Of a stretch of DNA of 64,000 nucleotides, positions 38,301 to 51,100 are shown one piece after another. Where the stretch lies: contig NC_092674.1 in assembly GCF_964355755.1 (NCBI RefSeq), positions 1,116,001 to 1,180,000 of the forward strand, in the 5' to 3' direction. Made by a program: the position numbers and the translations under genes. Position 1 is the first letter of the stretch; every line of letters starts with the position of its first letter. Source of the DNA: Antedon mediterranea. Taxonomy: Eukaryota; Animalia; Echinodermata. The notes under the pieces were generated by a model. The model did not search any database. It saw only the letters and a list, made by a program, of their open reading frames with translations, and was not told the DNA's origin.

Positions 38301-40117
38301 AATTTTACTATATTTTAAAAATCGTAAATGAGTTACACTCAAATTTCAAAGATGAGGGCTGAGTAAACGGAACCAGTGGTCCCACTCTAACTTATACTGG
38401 ACGACTAAGGGGGTACCCTAGTATAATCCCACCAAGTGGCTCCCAGAAACAATCCGCCATTTTATCACAAATACAGTATCAATTTTCACTATATTTTAAA
38501 ATATTAATCGTAATTGAGTTACACTCAAATTTTAAAGATAAGGGCTGAGTAAACGGGACCAGTGGTCCCACTCTAACTTAAACTGGACAACTAAGGAGGT
38601 ACCCTAGTATAATCCCACCAAGTGACTCCCGGGAACAATCCGCCATTTTCTCACAAATACAGTATCAAATTTCACTATATTTTAAAATATTAATCGTAAT
38701 TGAGTTACACTCAAACGTTAAAGATGAGGCCTGAGTAAACGGGACCAGTGGTCCCACTCTAACTTCTACTGGACAACTAAGGAGGTACCCTAGTATAATC
38801 CCACCAAGTGACTCCCAGGAACAATCCGCCATTTTCTCACAAACACAGTATCAATTTTCACTATATTTAAAATGTTTTACCGTAATTGAGTTACACTCAA
38901 ATTTAAAAGATGAGGGCTGAGTAAACGGAACCAGTGGTCGCACTCTAACTTATACTGGACGACTAAGGACGTACCTTAGTATAATCCCACCATGTGATTC
39001 CCAGGAACAATCCGCCGTTTTCTCACAAATACAGTATCAAATTTCACTATATTTTAAAAATCGTAAATGAGTTCCACTCAAATTTAAAAGATTAGGGCTG
39101 AGTAAACGGGACCAGTGGTCCCACTCTAACTTATACTGGACGACTAAGGGGGTACCCTAGTATAATCCCACCAAGTGACTCTCCGGAACAATCCACCGTT
39201 TTCTCACAAATACAGTATCAAATTTCACTATATTTTAAAAATCGTAAATGAGTTACACTCAAATTTTAAAGATGAGGGCTGAGTAAACGGGACCAGTGGT
39301 CCCACTCTAACTTATACTGGACAACTAAGGAGGTACCCTAGTATAATCCCACCAAGTGACTCCCAGGAACAATCCGCCATTTTCTCACAAATACAGTATC
39401 AAATTTCAATATATTTTTTAAATCCTAAATGAGTTACACTCAAATTTAAAAGATGAGGGCTGAGTAAACGGGACCAGTGGTCCCACTCTAACTTATACTG
39501 GACGACTAAGGGAGTACCTAGTATTATCCCACCAAGTGACTCTAAGGAACAATCCGCCGTTTTCTCACAAATACAGTATCAAATTTCACTATATTTTAAA
39601 AATCGTAAATGAGTTACACTCAAATTTTAAAGATGAGGGCTGAGTAAACGGGACCAGTGGTCCCACTCTAACTTATACTGGACGACTAAGGATGTACCCT
39701 AGTATAATCCCACCAAGTGACTCCCAGGAACAATCCGCCATTTTCTCACCAATAGAGTTTCAAATTTAACTATATTTTAAAAATTGTAATTGAGTTACAC
39801 TCAAATTTTAAAGATGAGGGCTGAGTAAACGGGACCAGTGGTCGCACTCTAACTTATACTGGACGACTAAGGGGGTACCCTAGTATAATCCCACCAAGTG
39901 ACTCCCAGGAACAATCCGCCATTTTCTCACAAATACAGTTTCAAATTTAACTATATTTTGAAAATTGTAATTGAGTTACACTCAAATTTTAAAGATGAGG
40001 GCTGAGTAAACGGGACCATTGGTCCCACTCTAACTTATACTGGACGACTAAGGGGGTACCCTAGTATAATCCCACCAAGTGAATCCCAGGAACAATCCGC
40101 CGTTTTTCTCACAAATA
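35391..40117 (-). repeat. 181-bp satellite array, right arm in inverted orientation (about 26 monomers)
   Basis: Reverse complement of the left-arm monomer. Contains a 4-mer (722-bp period) duplication at about 35960-37400 and a 3-mer duplication at about 37750-38850. Confidence 0.95.
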
Positions 40118-42187
40118 TTTAATTCCTAATACCATAAAAGCCATAAGTAACAATGAAAATGTAAAGAATGCACAAACGGCGTTTCATAGTTGTTGTTGGC
40201 TGGAAAAAATAAAAGTGGGCTGGCTTATTGTTGGCTGGCTTATTGTTGGCTAGCTTGACACAAGCCCTATTGTGGACAAAAAGTCGCCTATTTTGGACAG
40301 CCAATTATGAAAGTTACCTATTATGGACAAACAACAGCGCCCTCTAGTCCCTATTATGGACAGAAAGTAACCTATTATGGACAGAAAAGTAACCTATTAT
40401 GGACAGATTTCACCAACCCTATTGCAACATAGTAATCCTCTTTCAAGTGCTCTTGTGACCTCATTGATACCAATAAAAACTTGTGATCTGTAAAAATAGG
40501 TACACATCAATCACATACAGTATATTACAGTTATGAATGTTGTCAATTATAAGTTCATTTGAATGTATTTAATTGAATATCTTAATACAACACTTGTAAA
40601 ACTGCCATTTTCTACCTCTAGGAATGATTGTAGAAGCACTAAAGCTGACTACACTAGCAAACTGTGATGTGCCCAAATATGGAAGTGACATACCTAAAAT
40701 ATGGTTGTGACAGGACATCATCATGTCCATATATGGGCATATCACATAAGGTATTGACAGTGAATAGACAGAGCTTAAGGAAAAATGTAGTTTACCAATA
40801 TATTTTGGGGTTTGTTCTCTATCTACCTATAATATAGTTCATTATAACAAATGGCTTTTAAGCCAAAGTTGTACCTTAATCCTCTATCTTTTTTATTCAC
40901 ATTATCTCCTCCTGCGGTTATTGTTGTTTCACTTTTACATGCTTTTCGAATCCTTGATTTTACTTTTCCAAGTTGTCCCTTTAAAGGTTCAAATGTTCTA
41001 AAAATAATTTTTTAAACAGATAAAAATAAAAGCTTTAATATTTCAATAACTTTATTTATCATGTCAACCAATAGAAAAAAAGAATCCTAGAAGTTAGAAC
41101 CCACTTTGAACTTTACAAATAAGACATGATTTATATCAAATTGTCACATTTTGATTACTTTACCTTTGAAAAGCATTCAGTATTTCTGGAGTATCTCCAT
41201 GATGCTAATTATGATTGTATTGTATTTATATGCCTAGTGTGTAAACATTATTGACATAATTTCATTAAACATCCACATACAGTACAACTCTTCTTAACAA
41301 TTTTTTCAATCTTCTATCAACTAAAAGTCGTAGTTAGTCATGCCTCGGGTCACATTCTATGGTCACCGTACAGGTAGACTACTACATCAGTACTTCTATG
41401 AATGGATGACTAGTCTGTGACAATAACGCTAGTTGGTCATACACAGTACCGTTTTGATTTTACGATCCGCTCTTTTTGCGTCCCATATACGGTATAGAAC
41501 GCCATCTGTGCATTTATAAATATTGGCATAAATTTGAATGAGTTTTTAAACAATTATTTGGCCTGAATAAAAGAAGCAATGACTAAATTTTACATTTCAT
41601 TGTTTTTATTTATTTGGCAAGAATATGTCATTTTAACTAAACAAGCATTTTTAAATATTAATATTGGTGTATGTAACAATAACACTGTGGCTGGAAATAT
41701 GTCATAATGTAGGCCTATACAATATTTATTAAACCAATTTTCACAGTAGATAATAATTTACAACAATGAATTAAAAAAGTAAAACAAGAAAACACTGACA
41801 ATAAAAACAGAAACCGTAATATAAAGCCCAATCACATAATGAATGACGTCACAGGAATGATTGCGTGTGATTTTGATTACATAAAGTACCCCCACCGTAC
41901 AATAACTTCCTTTTTTATACATACTTGTAAGTTACAAAATTCTATAAAATGCATGATTAAATGCAATATCTATCAGAATAAATTGTGAATAATATATAAC
42001 TTTAATTATTTATAACAAAGAAACATAATACAACAGCAATGTTCATTCAAAACACCAGATAAAACTTCAATTTGGAATAAATAGGACCGCTATATATAAT
42101 AATAATATTGCGCGTAGCAGCAGACGGCAGAACAATGCGACAAATGCACGCGAGTATACTGCGTGTTTTGGACGAAATGATGATAAA

Positions 42188-45100
42188 CTAATAACGAAAA
42201 TTTGGTCGCAGGTCAAGATAATCTGTGTCGTAAGGAGTGTAAGATGGCGGTGGAGGGTTATTTTCCCACAGACCTGGGTGCTGGGGGTGCTGCTGCTGTT
42301 GCTGTTGTTGTTGTCGTTGGTGTCGTTTTGGTCGTCGTTTTTGTTTTCTTTGTTGTTGTTGTTGTTGTTGTTGTTGCGGTGGTAGTTTCGTTACATAGAA
42401 AGCGGTATCGTCCTGGAGGTGAACTTGATGCTGAGGAGGAGGCATCGCTTTCAGATATGGTGACTCTGTTGCAGCTGCGGCTGCGCCGATACTTGATTCG
42501 TACGTCGGTGGTGGTTTCAACATGTCACCTAATGCTTCGTAGATATGATTGTGATCTCCACCGTTTAATTGTGCAATGCCCGTCTCGTATTGATTTGGAG
42601 ATACAGTGTTACAAACGACTGGTTTTGTTCTGAAAGAACAGAGACATAAAGAAAATAATTATTATATAAAATAGTGACGATTGTTTTAATAGCGTGTGCG
42701 ACGCATGGTAGGAAGGATTTGGGAGCAAACGTCACAACGCGTACGTACATGGTTTGTTGTTTGTACGTAAGCGTCGTGACGTTTGCTCCCAAACCCTTCC
42801 CATCATGCATTGTGTAAGCTATTTGCGATAAACCTTATAGGAAAACGTATTTAATGGTGAATGATCATAATTTGAAAAGTAATATTTAAATACATGGACA
42901 TGAAAGCTAGGTTTCCACTCCAGGAGGAAACGTAAGAACGACGCCCCAACGCAAAAGAATTGACTAATCTCAAGTGACAGTACGAATAATTCATCGCTTG
43001 ATTGGTCTAAGCTAAGCGTTGCGACTTAAGCTCTGTCTACACTATCACATAGCATGTGACAACAAATGTGATGTGCCCATAATTTTATATGGACGTGATG
43101 ATGTCATATCACTACCATATTTAAGCATATCACCATATTATTATTGGGGTAGGCCTACATCACATTTTTTTGTCACATAAAGTTTGATAGTGTAGACAGA
43201 GCTTTACGTCCTTCCGTCGCGTTGTAGTGGGAACCAAGTTTTTATCTAACCAGTGAAATTTCACACTTCCCTGGTATAGTACGTAAAATGGCGACGGTAA
43301 TACAAAGTGACGTCACATCTTACCTTTCCTTTCCACAACAACAGAAAAGAACAACAATAAACACCATTAATAAAACTAATACAGATCCACCAGCGGCAAT
43401 TGCGATGATAAGAAAATCAATTCCTAAACAGAAGAAAAAAATGACCAGTTTGTTCTTATTTAATTTTTGTTACTAGTAGGTCTTGTCCGGCACTATTGTG
43501 TAATTAACCGATAGGCTTTCTAGAATAAAAAGTTTATTTAAAAAGTAAACTTTTCTATCGTCATCATTTTACAAATACGGCCTGTGATTATTCTTCGTTG
43601 ATTGATCAGTTATAATATGAAATAGGAGGTGTTTTCGTTTATGTGATTTACATTGTATGTTTTATTTACTTACCGCCAGGTCCTTCCGTTGGTTCCAATT
43701 CTGTTAATAAAATAATATTCTATTATCATTATATCACGTTTTTAGTTGGTTAAATTTGCTAATAATGTTTTAAGACGATCTATGTTGTTTCATATTTAAG
43801 GATTTAAATGTAAAAAAAATGTGATTAAAGGCGTGATTAAGAAAAGCAGGATCCTTTTTATTTCCGATATTCATTCCTCTTTGAAAAAAAACTTACCTTT
43901 TTGGCGGTTGGTCGATGCTGCCGCAGCAGAATAGAATGTAGTCATAGCATCAGTCGTAGGACCAATCGTAGTAGGAACTATAAAAAGCAACAGATTGCGA
44001 GAGTGTAATTATTATTACATAAATAGTTGATAACTATGTCAGATTATCTTCAAATATCGGAATTAATTGATGATGCACATTTTCACTTGACGGAACAGTA
44101 ACAGTAATCAATCCCGTTAAATATTAATCTAAGCTTTAGTTCACACAGTAAGCGCATCGCAAGTAATTTGACCAATCACGACGTGACATGGATTAAGTGT
44201 CGCTTGTGATTGGTCAACTCACTTGCGTTGCGTGTACGCGTCCTTGTGTTGCGTCGGGGTAAACAAAGATTACGTGACTACTGAGTTAGTAAGTCACAGT
44301 TACTGTTAGTTGTTTTTCATATTTCATCTTTGTATGAACTACCGGTATATATATTGGTGTTTTTATATCTTTTATGTCTGTATTAAAAGGTTACACGCAA
44401 TCTGATAATTGGCCACAAGTTGTAACGTTGCTATATTTGGAGTATATAAAAGTATATAACCAAACAAATAGAAAATACATTTAATAATTAATTACCAACT
44501 ATCGGTTGAGAAGATTCATCAAATATGTCGATAGCAGAAACAGAGTAGTTGAGCTTCAAATAGCCTTCGTGATCGCCAGTCTCCTTGTAAAGCGCTTCAA
44601 CAATCCCCTTTTCCTTTCCTTCGACCAAACGTGACCCGGCTAACACTATGAAATCCTAAAATACAAATATTCTAATGAAATCAAAACAGAACACTGGAAC
44701 TACTTTATACTGATACTGTGATAATGTGATACATCAAAACACAAACGTTTGTACGCATGCGCGAATTAAAGAAGAAGAATTATTAATTTGTACACTCATG
44801 AATTTTGCTGAACAAAATATTTTTTTTTTAAAGAAGATGCGCATCAAACTTGTTTGAGTTAAAGGTCAGTTAAAGCATATCCGATTATTTTTTCGATAAA
44901 AGTTGTGTTAGACCAAATATAAATATGTATATTCAGAACAATTTGACACAAAAGCAAATATTTATGACAATTTTGACCCCGATTTTGGGCATGTTTGCCC
45001 CGGATAGCAAATTTTGCACACATCTCATGTTGTTACTTGGGGTAAAATTATTCTATAAGAATTGAGATACTCTTTCCTAAATTAAATGCATACAAATCTG

Positions 45101-48100
45101 ACCAAAGTCCTTAAACTAAAAGTCTTAATACGAAAAAGTGGAACAGATTTTCCTTTGTAAATTGTGATTTTATTTTTATTGTTTCAATGACTTGTGCTGC
45201 CTTTGTATGATTATATATTATTATTTTTTTTTAAAATAAAGATACCGAGATAGCAATGATATGGCAGAGGAACGAGTAGTACGGAATGTTGACTTGATTT
45301 TACCTGGTAAATGGTGATGTCTGATGCCGGATTCATACTTCTACCAACGGCTGTCTGTCCAGTACCGTCATAATTAACAGAATAAACAAGAGTATCATCT
45401 TTGCCCGCAATGTAAATTCTGTAAAAACAAAATCAGACAACCAAACAATCAAAGTTTCATCGGATTTAAATACAGAACGTTGCATAAACTAAATTTGGAG
45501 AAAATGATTATGATTTCAAAGCATCCATACATTGATTATCATCATCATTTTTAATTTCCACTAGTTAACCGCACCTCACGCAAGTGACAGTTTGAATGAC
45601 TGGATGATCAATCGTGATTGGTCAACCCACTTGCGCTGTGTCAAAGTGCGTCAATGCATATTGAAGTTCTGTCTACACTATTAAACTTTTTTAACAAAAA
45701 ATGTGATGTGATTTGCCCAATATGGTAGTGATGTTATATCATTATGTCCATATATTGGCACATCACATTTTGTTGTCACATAAAGTTCGATAGTGTAGAC
45801 AGAGCTTTAGTGTTACCTTTCGTGATCGTGATCTAAAGCTATTCCAGAAGGTTGTTGTAGAGTGGTCAGCACAAGGATTTGTCGATTTGTACCATCTAAA
45901 TCACACCTTACGATTTTGGCAGGGAATGTCTCTTCTGTCCAAAATATAAACCTAACAAAAAACAAACAAAATGGTGTAGAAATACACAACACTTTATACC
46001 CTTTAAATCATATTATATAAAAAATGAAATTATTATCTGTTACCCTGCGTTTGGATCCACTGCTATAGCCGTTGGTTTATTGACGTCATAAAAGAGCACA
46101 CTATATTTTTCGGAAAGATATGAATTCTTCGCCAAAATATTTTGTTGATAATCAACCCAGTATACTTCATCGGATACCCAATCAACCGCCATACCTGTAA
46201 AAATGCATTCAATTATTCAAAGAAACTATTATTGCGTGTTTGTGTCTAAATGAACGGTCAGACTGCTAACAGGATACCTAATCGACTCCTATACAATCCT
46301 CACTAAATTCAGCTAGCACTCCTGCTGGACAGTTTTTGAAGCAGAATTGGACAAGTATTGGTCAAACAAGGACTAATAGGCCTACCAATCTGGGATCCGA
46401 GGCAAATCTTGATTGTAGGTATCAAAATTGGAACTAGCCTATTTTTTTATATACCAACACTACAACAATACGTTCCAATACCAACACCCTCGAACCATTA
46501 ACTTTTCTAGAAATCTGGGCCAAATGGGTGGATGTGACTAGTACTTTTGAATACCCCTTATAATAAACACAAATAAAATACCGTCAACATGACCGATTCC
46601 TTCACGAATTGGAACAGCAAAGTTCCCTTCTTGCAATCTTACAACATAGATAGAGTCCTCATCAGCGAAAAAAACCAGATTCGCACGTATGGCAACAGTT
46701 AATGCCGTGACTGTTGCATCTAAAAAATCACCTGTGTATTGCAGTTTATCCTCAGAGTCAAAATGTAGAAGAGAGGGTATGAATCGGGACAAAACGTTTG
46801 TACCTATTACATAGAATGGTGGTTGAAGAATGGTATCGTCTGAAAAGAGAAGATATTTGAAATTATTTTAAGTTGAAGAGTTGTTTTACGCTCTCCATAA
46901 TTGAAAATGACAGTAATTCTGCTCTAAACGTTGATTTAAGTAATTTAACAAATCACGCTCGTATAAATGTCGTTAATTTTAATTCCGCATTTTGTCGATT
47001 AACGTTCTTTACTCGTGAAATAATTTAGATTGTCTCAAACTCTAACCTACCGATCAAACACGTTCCGTCTGGAAGCAACTCGTAGTTGATTTTACAGACA
47101 CACTCGTGGTTGCCATCTCGTGCTGATACGCAAGCATGACTACAAGTGTGGGTCACACAAGGTACTGAAATGAATTGACACCAATTATAAAGGTATTAGA
47201 CTCTCTGCGGACAATTTGAAATACAATTTGAATACTATAAAAATATTATAATGAATAATTTGAGGTGGTACAAAATTAACTACATAAAAATAATTTTAAC
47301 TGAAAAATGCTTACATTTTTCTGGTATAGGTTGAACACTAGTACCTGCTACAGAAATATCGAATACTTTAACTTCGTTAGGAAATTGCTGTTGAAATACC
47401 TGATTATTCGACGCAGTTTTGTTATAGCAGCGGATATAGGTTTCTAAAGATTCTACTAAAATCACATATATGTAGTTCTTAAAGGGAAGAGAAGAAAAGA
47501 GAAAGGTAAAACATTATGAATGTTGGTAAAATTCCTTTTTGTAAACTTTTTCAATCCTCTGTAAATGACTCAATAGTTCCAATGTTGTGGAAAAAATCAA
47601 CAATCATGCCCATTCCCAAAAAACCAAATCCCAAGGAAATGAATGACCTTAGACCTGTGGCCCTTACATGTGTACCAATGAAGTGTTTAGAAAAAATTGT
47701 TAAAAGTAAGCTAGTTGCCTCAGTGGAGAATCTGCTAGATATAAATCAATTTGCATATCGTCCAAACAGGTGTGTTGATGATGCAGTGCTTCTGCTCCTT
47801 AATAATGTTTCTGAGCACCTAGAGAAAAAAGGTTGCTTTGCGAGAATTCTTTTTGTTGATTTCTCTAGTGCATTCAATAATATTCAACCATATTATGTTC
47901 TGGCTAATAAGCTTATCGATTTAGAAGTTAACCCACTGATTATAAAATGGCTACTTAATTTTTTAAAAGATAGAGAACAGCGTGTTAAGCTTAATCACAC
48001 GTTGTCCTCGTTGTTGAAAGTTAACACGGGCGTTCCACAAGGTTGTGTGTTATCACCTTTATTGTATACAATATACACAAATGATTGTAAGTCAAATAAT

Positions 48101-51100
48101 ACAAAAACTGAGATTATTAAATATGCAGACGACACTGCTCTGATTGGTTATCTGGATTCAAAAGATGATTCAATGACAGGCTTCTTAGACAGTATTAATA
48201 TTTTTCACAAATGGTGTAAAGATAATTTTTTAGATCTAAATATAAATAAAACTAAAGAGATGGTTTTTGATTTTCGGAAGAAGATAAACTACCTTTCCAA
48301 GATCAAAATCAATGGTGAGACCATTCCGGAAGTTAAAACTTACAAATATTTAGGGGTTGAAATTGATAATAAACTTAAATTTGATGCAAATAGTAGGTGC
48401 ATATACAATAAATTACAAAAACGTCTCTTCTTTCTACGCAAATTAAACTCTTTTAAGATTGACCGTACTATTTTACAACTTTTTTATACTTCTATCTTAA
48501 ACAGTGTACTTAGTTTTTGCCTAATATGTTATTATGGTAATTCACGTTTTAAAGATAGACTTTTACTTAATAAAATAGTTAAACAAGGCAGTAAAATAGT
48601 AGGCTCTGAACAAATTCAACCTGAAGTTTTATATAAGGAATTAGTAATTAAAAAATTGAAAATTATTTTAAAAGACCACGCTCATCCTCTGCACTATAAA
48701 TTTAACAAAAGTCAACGTTGTGACAGACTCCTTCAAAGAAAAATTAAAACAAATAGATATGGCAATTCATTCGTCCCTGCCGCTATACGATTATATAATG
48801 AATGATAATATCATTCATTATATAATCGTATAATCGTATTTTATGCGCTAGTTTTATTTTTTGTAGTATTTTAAATCGACTTTTTAGGATTTTATATGTA
48901 TATTTTGTATGGCTTTTTTTTTTTATCGTATTTTATATTTTATGTACTGTATCCATTTTATATTTGTATGTACTGTACTTTTGAAAAGGCCAACAGAGTT
49001 TCCCCATGGGGATAATAAAGTTTTAATTGAATTGAATTGAATTGAATTGAAAAAGACAGAAGATCCACTTACTTCGACAACTTTAATGCTCTAAAGTATA
49101 TGTGATATTACGTGATAAATACAAAGAAAATACCAGGAGAGAAGTGTAAGAGAGAAAATTCACTTACTTCGTCAACTGTGATACTCTTAAATTCACCATG
49201 TGGCAAAGACACAGAAACCTCTACTCGCCTTCCACTTCCATCAAGATCAGCGGATTCTATTTTATTTTCAACGTTGCTGATATCAATCCAATAAATTCTA
49301 TAACCAAATTGGAAAATGTAAATCAACTAGCGAAAGAAAAAGGGATTCTGAACAATTTCCAATGCAAGATTCAAGTCATTTTATTGGTACACTTTAAAAT
49401 GGAAATTTTTTCTTTGCATAATTAAGACAATAAAACAACAAAGGAAAATACATCAAATTGCAAAAGGCAATGTTAAAATACTATTTATATGAATATCCAA
49501 TCGGAAAATAATAAGCTAACTTTACTTTAACTTTGCATTAAAAAAAAAAGAAGAAGGACTTAGTACTGTTTTTTATATAATGTTTTTAATCCTGAATTAT
49601 TTATAGACTTTTATCATCTGTTTATTTAGTAAGTTATAACTATTTATTTGAATAAGAAAGTTTTATGTTTAATTAAATTATTTAGTTGAAATATGTTATA
49701 AAAGAAAAAATTGACAACAAATTATTTATAGACTTTGTTTTTAAGAAAAAAGAAAAAGTAGATTTATTTTTATTACATCATGAAATTATTTATAGTTTGT
49801 TCTTAAGAGAAATGTATATTATATATTATTATTATTATTTAAAAAGTGTTATTATTTTAAGCTATTTTTTAAATTGAAATATGAAAGTGTTCAATAAAAG
49901 CACTGTTTTTTATATGATGTTTTTTTAATCTTGAATTATTTATAGAACTTTTATCATCTGTTTATTTAGTTTACTTTAGTTTAAATCTGGTATAAAGTTA
50001 ACTTCATCAACTAGTCCTAGTTTTTCACGGTTTTTTTTACAGTTTCGGTTAGGCCTACCTGGACGCTGACTACGGGGCTGACTACTAAAGAGACTGTTAT
50101 TGGAATCCCTGAGTTTCACAAACCTCAGTAAACTATGATATTTTTCTGCAGTTAGCCGAAGTTTGTCATCTGGTTTATACTAGCAAACTTGTCTTGCCAA
50201 ATCAAAGAGTTTATTTAAGTTCGCAAACTGTAAAGTTTGCTAGACTGGTTTCAGGTTAGTGAGTAAGGTTGCTAATTTAAATCTCCAATTTCAGAGAAAC
50301 CAACATACCTGTTAGTTGTGACATCCACAGTAATAGATTTTGGTTCATTCAAATTTGTTGAAATAAGTGCTTTTCGACTTTTTCCTGACATTGATGATCG
50401 CTCGATTTTTGATGGATTTCCAATTTCAGTCCAAAATAGATACCTTTAAGAAAAGATTGCTATTTTAAATATATAGAAGTTTGAATAACTTTTATTGATC
50501 TACTGTAACTACAAATTAAAATCTAATACTTTATTACCCGCTCAATTAAATATTAAATGCATGAGCCATAACATGAAAGCCCACCTAGAAGTGGTCTAAA
50601 TGTCTTTCAAGCAGACAATTCCTGGTTCGAATCTTGGTTGGGGCGGCTTTCTTTAAACTTAACTCCCACTACATAGTCCGCAGTTGTCGCTTTCGGACAT
50701 CGACTTCTCGCACCAACCGGTACTTTCTCTCCTTCCTTCCACAAGTCATTCAACTTTTTATTAACAATTTTTAACGTAACGAATGATTTGCAATAAGTTT
50801 ATTGTTAAATTTTTACTCATGTTTTATGACGTTCTCTTCCTGTTTTGTAATTGTTTATCTTTTGTATTTTACATAAATTTATATATTTGTAAAACAAGCA
50901 ATACATTTCCGAAAGAATTAATAAAAGATAATTTGATTTGAATTTGATTTTGATTTGATTTGATTTAAAAATTTATTTATTTAGACAGTTTGGAGTTCCA
51001 TTCCTGTACACTCTAAATAACATTTAATACTATTTATCGAACAATGCGTATTAGGTCATGGTTAGTTGATCCTCCAATAACCCAGCAAATTGTGTAACTA

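Larger units (their letters stand above)
24428..40265. mobile_element. 15.8-kb foldback (giant inverted-repeat) element made of satellite DNA
   Basis: 9-bp TSD CCTATTGTG (24419-24427, 40266-40274). About 150-bp unique TIR GCTTGTGTCAAGCTAGCCAACAATAAGCC... at both ends, followed by inverted 181-bp arrays. Confidence 0.92.
18348..40423. mobile_element. Non-autonomous Mutator-like/foldback element with long TIRs; outer shell of a nested stack
   Basis: 9-bp TSD GCAACATAG (18339-18347, 40424-40432), single in intact RPP38 exon 4. TIR GGGTTGGTGAAATCTGTCCATAATAGG with about 21-bp subterminal repeats. The left TIR 18352-18721 mirrors 24152-24427 plus 40275-40419. No transposase ORF seen. Confidence 0.88.
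5435..41198. repeat. Tandem segmental duplication, copy A (receptor gene + truncated RPP38 + 22-kb insertion)
   Basis: Collinear with 41468-56108. Both start CGCTCTTTTTGCGTCCCATATACGG and end inside RPP38 exon 2 at GTATCTCC. Confidence 0.92.
17572..41198 (-). pseudogene. RPP38: RPP38 pseudogene (partial duplicate)
   Basis: Lacks exon 1 and the start of exon 2 (41164-41198 only). Exon 3 is 40875-40997. Exon 4 is split into 40433-40487 and 18183-18347 by a 22-kb insertion. Exon 5 (17572-17993) has a 1-bp deletion at about 17931 relative to the intact copy. Confidence 0.9.

Noticed and set aside
24576-40117. CRISPR array or hammerhead-ribozyme satellite
   Set aside because: Monomers are contiguous with no unique spacers and there are no cas genes in this eukaryotic context. 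I found no CUGANGA...GAAA hammerhead core on either strand of the monomer.
47516-48805. Stand-alone 429-aa reverse transcriptase gene (retron-like or domesticated)
   Set aside because: It is a 5'-truncated LINE ORF2 with 3' UTR and tail, the start codon is borrowed from intron sequence, and it is absent from the paralogous intron.
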